A DNA stretch of 64,000 nt. It comes from Craspedostauros australis. Its lineage: Eukaryota. The position numbers were made by a program, and so were the translations under genes. The stretch spans positions 1 through 64,000 of the forward strand of contig JALAGF010000347.1 in NCBI GenBank assembly GCA_030167865.1, read 5' to 3'. Below are positions 10,868 through 22,632 of this stretch, in pieces. The notes beneath the pieces are model-generated. The model had not been told where the DNA came from and did not search any database. It worked only from the letters and a program-made list of their open reading frames with translations. Each line of letters opens with the position of its first letter. Position 1 is the stretch's first letter.

Positions 10868-13279
10868 TTAGAGCAAGTCGGCAACATCCATCGGCATCTC
10901 GGTAATCTCAGTGTTGTAGAACTGTTCGATATCGCGAAGGTAACGAACATCCCCCTCAGTCAAAAAGTTGATGGCCACACCCTTACGTCCGAAACGTCCG
11001 GAACGGCCGATACGGTGGATGTAGTTCTCGCGGTTGGTTGGCAGGTCGAAGTTGATGACCAGAGACACCTGCTGGACATCGATACCACGGGCGAGAAGAT
11101 CGGTGGTGATCAGGACACGGGAGGATCCGGTACGGAACTCGCGCATGATGATGTCACGCTCTCTCTGCTCCATCTCTCCGTGCATGCAGGAGACGGTGAA
11201 GTCCTTCTTTATCATCTCCTCCTGGAGCCAGTCGACCTTGCGTCTGGTGTTGCAGTAGATGATGGCCTGGGTGATGGTCAAGGTCTCGTACAGATCGCAG
11301 AGGGTGGCGAGCTTCCACTCCTCCTTCTCGATGGCAATGTAGAACTGCTTGATACCCTCGAGAGTGAGCTCGTCCTTCTTGACAAGGATGCGGACTGGAG
11401 TGCGCATGAACTTCTGGGTCACCTCAAGCACATCGAGTGGCATGGTGGCGGAGAAGAGGCAGACCTGGACCGTTTCTGGGAGGAACTTGAAGATGTCATA
11501 GATTTGGTCCTTGAAACCGCGGGAAAGCATCTCATCGGCCTCATCGAGGAAGAACTGACGGATGTTGTCGAGGCGGAGGGCACGACGGTTGATCATGTCG
11601 GAGACACGTCCTGGGGTTCCAACCACGACGTGGACACCTCCCTGGAGGGTGCGGATGTCGTCACGCACGGCGGTACCTCCGACGCAGGCATGGACCTTGA
11701 TGTTCATGTAGTCGCCGAGGGCAAGGACGACCTTCTGAATCTGCTGGGCCAACTCACGGGTTGGGGCCAGGATCAGGGATTGGCACTGCTGGACCTTCGG
11801 GTCGAGCTTTCCGAGAGTACCGATCGCGAAGGTCGCGGTTTTTCCCTGTTAGTTTTGTGTGTGTGTGTGGAGGAGGAGGTGAGAAGACGAGATGAATGCG
11901 TTGTTGATTGCACAATTGTATTGCGTATTCCGCATGGTGGCATAGATAAGTTCGATGTGAGGTATTGAGTGAGAGCATGGTGGTTGTGCAAGGTATGTGC
12001 AGCTGTTCACGACCAGGCCACAGACATATATCGTTGCTGGTGCTGCTGTTGTGGTGTCATTGCGGTCAGACTTCGAGTTTGGATTTTTCAGACACGTCGA
12101 GGGTGACTCTTTTCAGACTCGAAAGATGGTTAACAAATAAATCTTCATCCCTTTCGTTGCTGCTGTCATGCTGGCATCGCGCAGGGAAAGATCGGCTGCT
12201 GCTTTCAATGCGTGTCCACATCTTCCAACCTGTGTGGCGGGAGGTGTGAATTGTGATTCGTGCTGTGGGCTTTCGTCTCCCCGTCACAAGCCACAGATCA
12301 ACCTGCCACGATGCTGCCTTCTCGGTAGTCGGTTTTGGCAACGCTTGCTGCGTACGGAGGCCTCCATGTTGATTGGGAGCCGCAGAAGCCTCACAATCGA
12401 CGACATCCTGGGCGCGAGCAACAGCGGCGCCGATGACAACGACAGCGGCAGCAGCAACAACAACGACATCAGCGCAATTCATACAACGCGTACATGCTGA
12501 AGGATCATGACAACAAGGAACTCACGGTACCGGATTGGGCCTGGGCGATGAGATCGTGTCCCATAATCGTTGGGCGCACGGCTCTCTGCTGGATGGCAGA
12601 TGGCTTCTCGAAACCGTAGGAGTAGATTCCGCGGAGGAGCTCCTCTGGCAACTCCATGGCATCGAAGGTCTCGATGGCCTCGTCCCAGTTGGTGTCGAGA
12701 TCGGCATCACTGATGCCGCCCGGCGGGGCCTCTCCCTCTGGGAGAGGTTCCTCCTCGCGAGGAGGTTCTTCACTGTGGGTGGATGTGCGTCACGAGGCGG
12801 AGCGACGAGAATGGGAAGCCGGTGACACGATGGACGCAAAGCAGGGAAATAGCAGGATTGCGGCAGATGTGAGCGGATGTGAGTGGCCTGAAGGAATGTG
12901 TGCAAATAGATCTGGAGCACTCGTCGGGATGTGGTAACATGACGCCATGCGCTATTGCATGAATCAGCTATCTTGAGTAACTACCCATCGACGATGTTGC
13001 TGCTTGGCTGGGACCACGATCCCTGTGCATCCGCATGTGCGACAGCAGAAGGCGACCGCGGCGGCTTCGCCATCTCGCATTTCTCCCCTGCATCGCGAAA
13101 AATCACCTCGCATGACGGTTGTTTGCGGTGGCAACACCACTGCAGCGCGGCCGTATTGTCAAGCATCTTCATTGAGGGTGTTCACAGTATCGCAGAGTGT
13201 ATCATGGCGCGCCGCAGCGACGACGATCCGCAACGGAGCATCAGGGCAGCACATACCTTGTTGGCTGTTCGTCACTCAT
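10868..13279 (-). CDS. EIF4A: Eukaryotic translation initiation factor 4A (DEAD-box helicase); exons 13279-13257, 12772-12526, 11845-10868
   Basis: Q motif [37 protein letters not shown] and [10 protein letters not shown]. Both introns are GT-AG and phase-compatible. Confidence 0.96.
12063..12151 (-). ncRNA. Candidate intronic box C/D snoRNA (snR39B/SNORD2-like)
   Basis: Lies in eIF4A intron 2 on the host strand: gg-ATGAAGA (C-like box) ... ACCATCTTTCGAGT-CTGA (guide plus D') ... CTGA-cc (D). The guide is complementary to the conserved LSU rRNA segment GACCCGAAAGAUGGUGAAC. Confidence 0.6.
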
Positions 13280-14342
13280 TTTCGTCTTTGTTTTTTGTGT
13301 TCCAACTGAGAGCGCTTGTTGGTGCTGCACCTGCTTCCAACCACGAAAACGAAAGGGAACTCCAACAAGCCTCGTCGCGAAGTCGACACAACCACACGAT
13401 GAAATACGGCAGCTGGTGCTGGTTGCCCAAACACACACCACGCGCGCAATGCTGCGACACAGCGCACACAAAGGCAACACGCCACACGCTGCCCGCACAC
13501 ACAAGAACCACACAAACATGCCAGCGCCATCTGCCTGTCCCACGTTGGCGAAACTCCTGCACCACACGCGTCCAGTCGTGCTCCACCAAATGAATTTTGT
13601 TTTCTACGGCTAATACCAGTATTCATCGGGATGCAATGTCGTATTCGAGTTTTCGGCTGGACTTCATTCACTCGTGAATAAACGAGTGGCGGACAGACGC
13701 AACCACGTGGATTCGTCCTTTTTGTGTGGCCGAAATGAATGGAGCAGCATCGTATGGGACGTCTGATCTTCGTACGTGTTGTGTGCACGACCAAAAGCGC
13801 GGCTCCACGATCTGCTCACAAGATACCCCCAAACCAAAACACCCGAGGATGCCCGAAGACCACAAAAGAGCAAACTCGTTCGGAGAACTTCTGTGGAGGC
13901 TGATAGAGAACACTCAGTCTTGGCTCTTGGCTCTTCGGTCGTTGCAAGAGTATAGTCGTCCACAGGAAGTCAAGCGGAAGCGCTTGGTCCATTCTGGAGC
14001 ATTCCTAATCGCATGTATTGTATAATGTTATACGCAGAATGCAACAGAGATGATGGTAATCATGCTGTGGAGAATGCAGACGAACAGTTTGGACTGAGTT
14101 GCGTACTCCACGAGTAGTAAATGAATAGGACTAGCCAGGCCTTTTCGGGGATAAGAGCGCTCGTTTCGTGTGCGTGATAGAAGAGAGTGGGGCCGAATGA
14201 TGTTATGATTTGCAGGATGACCGATGTCATGTTTCGGTCTTCATGGCGACATGTTACCCTACAGCGCCGTACCATTGCAGCGCACGGTTCCAGTCTTGCA
14301 TGAATGTGGGAGACGCTCATTGGATTCCTTGCTCTTCGGTGG

Positions 14343-17300
14343 CTACTGCGCAATGCTGCGCACGATGACACCGCGCGCCTCGTCGAGACGGTAACCATTC
14401 TCGGTGAAGCTCTCGCCCCTGCAGAACTCCATGATGTCGTAGATGCGTCTCTCCCGAGCTCTGCTCTCCAATTCGTCGAGGGGAATTTCCAAGGTGTCCA
14501 GCAGATCTTCGGACAGGTTCTTCTGCCGCAATCGAATGACCTGGTACATCTGCTCCTTTCGGAACATGTCTTGAAGGATGTGGAGTAGCAGATGCGCGCG
14601 ATCTTCGCCGCTCGTGACAAACTTGGCGAAGCTGCGGCGTAAGCTCCTTCGGACGCTGAACTTTTGCGCGGTGATGAAGCTCTCCAGCATCATGCGGATG
14701 GCAGCGTCGACGTCGTCATCTCGCACGTAGTCCCGAAGGTGCATCTTGGCATGCGCCTCGGACATTCGCATGATGGACTCGATGTGCCGAACAGCGATGG
14801 GGACACCTCCCGAATTCGCTGACTCGCGACGCAGCGCCACGTACAGCGACGTCACCTTCTCCTGATCGAAGGTGTTGCCGCGGAGAATCGGTCGCACGTT
14901 GGTGCGCGCGTATTGGATGTACTTGCGCAGCATTTCCTGGCTGATCGTACCCGGCGCAGTTGCCGCAGTGCGTTCGGGGAAGTTCGCCGTGCCGTTGATG
15001 ATATCCACGCCTGGGGCAGCATTCATGTGACTCGATGTAACGAAGGTGGCAAGGCGCTCGTCGGCGACCGGGTCGACAATGTCCTGCAGCACGCAGAGGA
15101 TGTCAAATCGTTGCAGGATGGGATCAGTCAGCTCGACATTTTCGGCAAGCGTGTGAGCACTGTCGTAGCGTCCGCCGATTGGATTGGCAGCAGCAATGAC
15201 AGAGCATCTGGCTTGCAAGGACGTGACAATACCCGCCTTCGACACGCTGATGGATTGCTGTTCCATGGCTGGAAGGGATGGATTGCGAACAAAGACGGGC
15301 GTTCGTTATTGAAGTGTTACGCAGTGCAAAAGTGCATGACGTTTTGTTTGGTACCCGCAGCCATGACATACCATGGCATTGCATGGTATGACAGTTGTTG
15401 GCGAGTTATGGTCAAGTCATGGACAAGTCATGGACAACGACAAGATGTGTCAGAATTTGGTTGAATAGATCGCAAAATGTGAGCGCAACAGGTAATGATC
15501 CAGAGGCTGGTATAGTGCTAGAAGAGCAGAGTGCAAGATTTTTGCAACGGCTGCATTTGCATCAGCATGTGTATCTGCATCTGCATCTGTCACCACCTTC
15601 TCCACCAATTGTACAAATGCACAGTGCTGACATACCTTCGTGGATGGAGGTCCGGTCCTGCTCGTTCATCTTGTCAAACTCATCAATCAATGCGACACCT
15701 TGGTCAGCCAGCACGAGGGCTCCGCCCTCCAAGGTCCACTCTCTCGTGATGGGATCCTTGTGCACGCCGGCTGTGAGACCGACAGCACTCGCTCCCTTGC
15801 CGGTGCTGTACACGGCGCGCGGCGCTGTGTTCTCAGCGTACTTCAAGAACTGACTCTTCGCCGTTCCTGGATCCCCCAGCAGCAGGACGTTGACGTCACC
15901 ACGCACGCGGTGCTTGTCGTTGACGTTCTTCGCAACGCCACCGAAGAGACTCATCGCCAGCGCCATCTTGCAGTTCTCGTGACCGAAGATACTTGGGGCG
16001 ATGCTCTTCACGATGCGTTGGCCGATGTTGGGATCGCGCGACAAATTGAGGATCTCGCGGACGTCAGCCTCCGAGAGATTCTTGGCGCTGGAGGCATCCT
16101 CACGCTTCCGAATGTGGTTGGCCGACAGGAACGTGGAGAAGACGGGGAAGCCTGACTTCAGCGTGAGATGGGGGTCGAACGCATGCTCGTACACGCCCGT
16201 GACTTCGATTTCTTCACCTGGTCTGGCGATATCGATCAGGTCGTTCGCAAGCAGGACCTCCTTCGTGCGTGGCACTCTGCCAGGAGGGACGGAGCCTGGC
16301 GTTTCCTGCAGGTTGACCCTCTGGAGATTGCGATACTCGGATAACGATGGGTGCAGGCGGAATGCTCCGCCAGAGCATGAGGGGCATTCGTCAGGAGCGT
16401 AGGCAGCCGCCGCATTCTTTCCAGCATCTCCCTCCACACGAAATGGCCCCAACTTTTGCCTGCAACCTTGGTTGACGCACTGGAACGTGGCGGACTGAAG
16501 TTGCGGGTAGATGGCTGACCGACGAGTAACGACGCCGTTGACTTTGACAAGGCAATCGAGATGCGACCTTCGCAGGTCTCGCAGGGAGTCGGTGATGGGG
16601 ACGTCGCTGATGCGAACGTGGATTTCTGATTTAATGGCATCGTACGAAGGGAAGAGCATCAGGGTGTGACGCGTCGCGGCCTCATTGAGAACCTCGAACA
16701 TGTCCTTCGGTGCATCCGCCAACCAGACGGCCAGGATCGGTTCCATCTCCATGAGGTGCAGGTAGGAGACCTGAAGGGTTGACAGGTTGGAGGCGCACAT
16801 CGTCCTGATCTTCTGTTCGTAGATGCCGTTTCCCCTTCGCCGTCTCTGTTCGTCGCCCACCGAATCTTCACGGAAATGACGCAGGAACGCTCTGAATTTG
16901 CGCTGGATCTCGCGCCACGTTCGGTCCTGCGCAATCCACTCACGCAGAGGCACGTCGAATGCTTCGATATTGATTTGGTCTTCGCCATCGAGATCCTCCT
17001 CGTCCGTCTCGTCTTCGACCTCATCCCCCTGCTGCTCATCCACGCCGAAAATTCCGCGACGTGCGCGTCTTGCTTCGTCATCTTCATCCGTCTCCATGAC
17101 GTCAAGGGCCGCACCGTACAGACCTGCGTTGCGGCTGGATTGACGATCCCTCGTCGACAGCGCGGCTTCGGCTGCCCGACGTTGATCCACATCCATTGCC
17201 GAGTACTCCCTGTTATCAATCCCCTCGGTGCCGTACGTGTCCAACGCAGCGATGCGCTGATAATCCCTTTCGGCATTTTCCAGCAGGTCCTCGCCTTCCC

Positions 17301-17802
17301 CCTCCTCTTCTTCCGGATCCACGACGTTGTGGTAGACATCCACGTCGTCGTCCACATCATTGTCCTCTGCGTCCGACAGCGGTTCGGGCTCTCGATCTGC
17401 CGGATCCACGGGCTCGTACGGCTCATCCTCCCCAAAATCCAGCCGCAACTCTTCTGCTTCGCGACGTGCCTCCTGTTGCCGACGCCGTTGTCTGCGCTCT
17501 GCCGAACGACGCGCCAGGAAGCTCGATCTTCGAGATCTGATGGACGCGGTGTTGTTGTCATCGTCATTCGTTGGCGCAGAGGTCACGTCATTGTCGCCAT
17601 CGTTGTCGTTGGCATCACCAATTGCATTGTCACTGTCGTTTCTATTGCCATTTCCATTGGCAGTGTCATCAACATCCACACCAACACTATCAACACCACC
17701 ATCAACACCACCATCATCCTCCTCCTCCTCGTCATCTTGAGGGATGGTGCGCCTTCGCTTCCTCTGAGGTCCATCATTCTCGTCATCCGCAGGGCGGTCC
17801 AT
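14343..17802 (-). CDS. MCM2: DNA replication licensing factor MCM2; exons 17802-15636 and 15268-14343
   Basis: Acidic N-terminus, Zn finger, LQETPGSVPPGRVPR, Walker A GDPGTAKSQ, IDEFDKM, IHEA|MEQQSISVSKAGIV, ELTDPILQRFD. Intron 15635-15269 is in frame. Confidence 0.96.
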
Positions 17803-18030
17803 CTTGAATGCTTTGCTTTTCTTTTCCTTCGGCTGATCCTCTCCTCACTTGAACTGCTTTACTCTATGTTTCAACGGTTCGGATGCGTCTTGAATTGCCG
17901 TCAATCGATGCCGTCGATGGGTTGTGAGGGATAGCGGAGGTGACAGAGAAGTTGGCAGATCCGCTCACTGGAAGGAGGCGTTGGTCTCGCCTCGGTGATT
18001 TGAATTTGGTCAATCTGTGGGGTGTTTGCG

Positions 18031-18044
18031 TTTTCGCGCCATTT
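18031..18044. promoter_or_regulatory. Putative E2F-binding site upstream of MCM2
   Basis: TTTTCGCGCCATTT about 230 bp upstream of the MCM2 ATG; matches the TTTSSCGC consensus. Confidence 0.5.
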
Positions 18045-18720
18045 TCGGGTGAGTTGAGACACCACCAATCGACTCAATCGAGCACATGATATTTGGGACC
18101 ACCCCCAAATTGAAAGAGGGGTGCTTCAATGGTGGTCATTTGTGGCTGGTGACCGTTGAGTGTGCAGCAATGCGCACCGTGACCACCACGCCTGTTGTGA
18201 TTGGGGCCATGCACAGAACGGAACAACCATCTTCTTCGCTCGTCACGTTGCGTCGCGCCACGAAGCGAGCACGGGTGTTTGTACCCATTGCAATACGCAA
18301 TACGCAGAACACAACGCACAGAGCGCGCTGACCAGCGACTGAATCTGCCCCCGTTTTGAGGAAAAGCCACGATAAATGCAGGCAACGACGGCGGTGTGCG
18401 CAAACAGCACGATCCATCGCGCTCCGCACGCAGAGTCACCGAACAGCACGACACAGTTTCCACGGGTCACAGCTCCGCAGCTTCTTCATCTGCAACCGTA
18501 GGTACTCTCATCCACACCCACACCCACAATCATAGTCACACTCATAGTTCAGCCGCAAAGCCAGTAGCTGCTGAGACCGTCAGAGTTCCATAGTGCGACA
18601 TCGTCACCCTCGAGCATTGCAGAGACTTCCTGCAAAGCAAGAACCGCAAGCGAAGCATCTGAAGCGATCGTTGCGAGCAAGAACATCCGAGAAGAGATCT
18701 GAGACAAGGAACAACGCAAC

Positions 18721-20673
18721 ATGCTGTCCCCACTCACAAGAGCGATCTTCGCGGCCCTCGCGTTGGCGCAATGCGCGCAGGCCTTCTACATCCCAGGCAT
18801 CCAGCCGGAGAAGTTCGAGAAGGGCAAGCCGGTGCCCCTGAAGGTGAACTCCCTGACATCCGTCCGCACCCAGGTGCCGAAGGACTACTACCGTCTCCCG
18901 TTCTGCCAGCCCAAGGGAGGCGTTAAGATGGCCTCCGAGAACCTCGGGGAGTTCCTCACCGGCAACAAGATCCAGAGCAGCCCGTACGTCATCAAGATGC
19001 TCCAGAAGTCCTACTGCAGCAGGCTGTGCCAGGTCGAGCTCGACAAGGACAAGGTCAAGCGCATCGTCAAGCACATCAAGCAGGATTACCATCACAACTG
19101 GATCATCGACAACCTCCCCTCCGCTTCCATCATGCGCGATATCAGCGGAACCGAGAAGAAGCACTTCTCCGGCGGCTTCCCCATCGGCTTCGTCGACCGC
19201 AAGTCCAAGGATCCCTACATCTTCAACCACGTCAACATCCAGCTCGACTACCACCAGCCTGATCCAAACGTCAAGGCCTACCGCGTCGTGGGCTTCTCCG
19301 TGGAGCCGGTCAGTGTCGCCCACAAATTCTCCGCAGGATACGAATGGGATGGCAAGGAGGAGGGCGGGTTCACCAAGCCCCTCGAGACTTGCAAGAAAGA
19401 CACCGCCATGAAGCTCGACAAGGTCAAGAAGAGCCAGATCGTGGCGGACAAGCAGAAGATCCTCTTCACCTACGACGTCGTCTGGAAGGAGAGCCCCGTC
19501 GCGTGGTCCTCCCGTTGGGATGTCTACCTCTCAGAGGGCCACCTCGTCCCACCGCAGGTGCACTGGTACTCCATCACCAACTCCATCCTCGTCGTCCTCT
19601 TCCTCTCCCTGCTCGTCATCACCATCCTCGTCCGCAACTTGCGCCGCGATATTGACTCCTACAACGCCCTCTCCGTCCTCGCGGATGAGGAGGCCAATGA
19701 GGATGAGGACGAGAGCGGCTGGAAACTGGTCCATGCCGACGTCTTCCGCCCACCGCAGACCATGCCAATGCTGTACTGCGTCTTCATCGGAAGCGGATCG
19801 CAGCTCGGACTGACCATCCTGCTGTCCATCATCTTCTCCGCCGTCGGATTCCTCAACCCATCCAGACGCGGATCGCTCGTCAATGCCATGATCTCCTTCT
19901 ACATGCTCTGTGGCATCGTGGCCGGGTACATCAGCAGCCGCCTCTACAAGGCATTCCGCGGCCGTCTCTGGCAGCTCTGCACGGTCCTCACCGCCATCCT
20001 CTTCCCAGGGCTCGCATTCTTCATCTTCCTCTTCTTCAACGTCATCCTCTTCTTCCTTCACTCCTCTGCGTCGGCGCCATTCCTTGAGGTCATCATCCTT
20101 GCCGCGCTCTGGTGCTGCGTCTCCATCCCACTGGTCTTCCTCGGAGCCTACTTCGGATACAAGAAGGATGCCATCGAGTTCCCAACCGTCACGTCCACCA
20201 TCGCGCGAGCCATCCCACCACCCCAACCATTCCTCAACCCAACCGTCGGAATGTTCGTGGCCGGAATCGTGCCATTCGCCGCCGCCTACGTCGAGCTCTT
20301 CTTCATCATGTCCAGCCTGTGGATGGACCAGTACTACTACGTCTTCGGATTCACCCTCATCGTGTACCTCATCCTCATCTTGACATGCGCAGAGGTCACT
20401 GTGCTGCTCGTGTACTACCAGCTCTGCGCCGAGAACCACAGATGGTGGTGGTTCGCCTTCTTCGCGCCAGGATCCACCGCCCTGTACACCTTCATGTACA
20501 GTCTGGTCTGGTTCAAGTCGCTGCATCCATCCAAGATGCTCATGACCTACCTCCTCTACTTTGGCTACATGGCCCTCATCTGCTTCTCCATGCTCTTGGT
20601 GTTCGGTACCGTTGGTGCCCTCACCTCCTTGTGGTTCACACGCAAGATCTTCGGCACAATCAAGGTGGATTAG
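18721..20673 (+). CDS. TM9SF: Transmembrane 9 superfamily (nonaspanin/EMP70) protein
   Basis: Signal peptide plus AFYIPG, ENLGEFLTG, HWYSITNS, GWKLVHADVFRPP, nine TM segments and a C-terminal KVD; intronless. Confidence 0.96.
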   Translation: MLSPLTRAIFAALALAQCAQAFYIPGIQPEKFEKGKPVPLKVNSLTSVRTQVPKDYYRLPFCQPKGGVKMASENLGEFLTGNKIQSSPYVIKMLQKSYCSRLCQVELDKDKVKRIVKHIKQDYHHNWIIDNLPSASIMRDISGTEKKHFSGGFPIGFVDRKSKDPYIFNHVNIQLDYHQPDPNVKAYRVVGFSVEPVSVAHKFSAGYEWDGKEEGGFTKPLETCKKDTAMKLDKVKKSQIVADKQKILFTYDVVWKESPVAWSSRWDVYLSEGHLVPPQVHWYSITNSILVVLFLSLLVITILVRNLRRDIDSYNALSVLADEEANEDEDESGWKLVHADVFRPPQTMPMLYCVFIGSGSQLGLTILLSIIFSAVGFLNPSRRGSLVNAMISFYMLCGIVAGYISSRLYKAFRGRLWQLCTVLTAILFPGLAFFIFLFFNVILFFLHSSASAPFLEVIILAALWCCVSIPLVFLGAYFGYKKDAIEFPTVTSTIARAIPPPQPFLNPTVGMFVAGIVPFAAAYVELFFIMSSLWMDQYYYVFGFTLIVYLILILTCAEVTVLLVYYQLCAENHRWWWFAFFAPGSTALYTFMYSLVWFKSLHPSKMLMTYLLYFGYMALICFSMLLVFGTVGALTSLWFTRKIFGTIKVD

Positions 20674-21311
20674 AGTGCACTATCTTCAACAAACGTGCAG
20701 CTGCGGTTCCCTCCAGCAGAGCACCGTCCTCGCAAGCACTTGGCGTCCACACAACATGAGCAGAGCCGTCTGCGTGTCTCACAAAGACGCGCTATCGATA
20801 AAGAATGGAATTGGAACTGCGTCGTCACGTGGTGTGGTGTGCTCATCTCGTGCGAGTACCCGTTTCACGCACAGTTCCCTGACAACGCTCCATCGGATGC
20901 AACTCAATGCAGTGGCACACAACAATAGGCAACAGTAGCGGTACCACAGTATGTATGGTCGATCACATCCAAACAACAACAAAGAAACATGAAATATTAT
21001 ACAATACTATCACAAGAACAACCTAGTTGAATTGATCGGCAAAACGTTGTCGTATGATGCAAAGACGCCAAATCGTAGGAGTGTGCAATGAATGTCGTCA
21101 TGCGGAGTATGGATTCGAGTGAAACATTCCGTCCGTTGTTGCAATCGTGCCGCTGCTACACCATCCTTCGTAAACAGAGGCATTCTCATACTGCAACGTG
21201 TTAGATGTTTGTCAGCGTGTTGTTGTGGAAACACACCATGACCAACATATCCGCGGTGGTATTAGAGCGATCTATGGCAGGAACACTCGTGTGTACGATG
21301 TACCTAGAGCA

Positions 21312-21375
21312 CTCTACTCTACATACTCTACTCTACATACTCTACTCTATATACTCTACTCTACATACTCTACTC
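21312..21375. repeat. Minisatellite, 14-bp unit CTCTACTCTACATA (about 4.5 copies)
   Basis: Direct tandem repeat visible in the sequence. Confidence 0.9.
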
Positions 21376-21663
21376 AACCCTACTGGCATTTGTGAGGTCA
21401 GAGAAGGAAAGATTGGGTTTGCGGCGGTCATTCGCGCCAAGTTTTGGTCATGGGTCGAAAGGTCAGAGTTCTTGTTGTGCCTCGTTTGGTCCGTCCACCA
21501 ACGAGGCCAAAAAGCAAACCACATCCAACCACAACTACAACCACAAAGCACCAGCGACACCAATGGCATTAAAGGAGAAGCGACAGCGCTCACAGAGTGG
21601 ACACACGCAAAGCTTGCTTGCTTAGGTAAAAGGAAGAGCGCAACAGGATTTACCAAAGGCACA

Positions 21664-22632
21664 ATGACACGGCTTCCACGTAACAACGTCGAGAGACTTG
21701 TGGCGCTGTTCGGTCTTCTGGTCTTGGCATCCTGTGAACCACGCGAAGCCAACAGAGCAACGGCGGGAGGGCATCTTCCACCCCTTCGCCGCACAGCAGA
21801 GGAGCCAAATGATCGAGGCGTTCCTCTTGACAACACATCCGATGATGTGTCGTCCCACTTGCGAAAGCGCCGAACCACGGGAACTCTGCAACCGTGGACA
21901 GCCCACGATTCGTTGCTGCAGCAGCGTACACGCGAGGGTAGACAACTCCAGTCTGTCGCGGACCTCAAGAAGAGGAAACGAAAGAAGCTCCGCACACTCA
22001 AACGAGGATTTGCCCTCAGCATCGCCACCGTGGCGTTTCTATTCCCCCTGTTCTACTTGATCCGCGCCATCCTGCAGCGCAATCGCAACGAATTCGACGA
22101 CGACGAAGAGATGTTCTACGATCAGCAGGAGTTGGTGTCGTTGCGTTTGGAGCATCATGAACATGAGATTCGCGAGGCCCGCAAGGAGCTCATGAGAAGT
22201 GCCGATGAGCCGCAGGCTGAAGAACGAAGGACGAAGAGTGGGGGACCACCGTCACGTCAGGGATCGCAGAGAAGCGGCGGCAGCGTCGGGTCTCAGTCCA
22301 CCGCATCGTCCAGCTCAGGCAAGCGAGATGGATTGATGCGAGATGTGAGTGCTGGAAGAGGTCGAGCTAGAGGCAGAGGCAGAGGTCGAGGTCGAAGTGG
22401 AGGTCGAGGTGGAGGCAGCGGAAGAGGTAGAACACCAGGGCGAGGTAGAGGACGAGGACGAGGACGCGGCAGGAATCAAGGCAGCGGAAGAGGCCGTGGT
22501 GGGAATTCAGGTGGGGGCAGAGGCAGAGGCGGAAGAGAAGCAAGTGGAGGAAGGAATGGACAAAGAGGATCAACGCAGCAGGCAAGACAAACGAAGCGAC
22601 AAGGATCTGAGCCGGAAACAACTTTCGTCTGA
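21664..22632 (+). CDS. Uncharacterised single-pass membrane protein with an RG-rich C-terminal tail
   Basis: Hydrophobic N-terminal signal (LVALFGLLVLAS), a TM helix (GFALSIATVAFLFPLFYLI), a short coiled coil and GRGRGRG tracts; start codon inferred. Confidence 0.7.
   Translation: MTRLPRNNVERLVALFGLLVLASCEPREANRATAGGHLPPLRRTAEEPNDRGVPLDNTSDDVSSHLRKRRTTGTLQPWTAHDSLLQQRTREGRQLQSVADLKKRKRKKLRTLKRGFALSIATVAFLFPLFYLIRAILQRNRNEFDDDEEMFYDQQELVSLRLEHHEHEIREARKELMRSADEPQAEERRTKSGGPPSRQGSQRSGGSVGSQSTASSSSGKRDGLMRDVSAGRGRARGRGRGRGRSGGRGGGSGRGRTPGRGRGRGRGRGRNQGSGRGRGGNSGGGRGRGGREASGGRNGQRGSTQQARQTKRQGSEPETTFV

Noticed and set aside
10748-11968. 406-aa plus-strand ORF (similarly 50060-51403, 19531-20526, 40518-41612, 39061-39999)
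   Set aside because: Antisense to well-identified genes; stop-free because of biased codon usage.
12960-12985. rRNA-like stretch CAGCTATCTTGAG in eIF4A intron 1
   Set aside because: Its orientation on the host strand is rRNA-sense rather than antisense, so it cannot be a guide; probably chance.
13726-14025. Small ORF or U3-like RNA between eIF4A and MCM2
   Set aside because: No recognisable protein motif. GACTATACT on the minus strand resembles the U3 5' end, but box A and the other boxes are missing.
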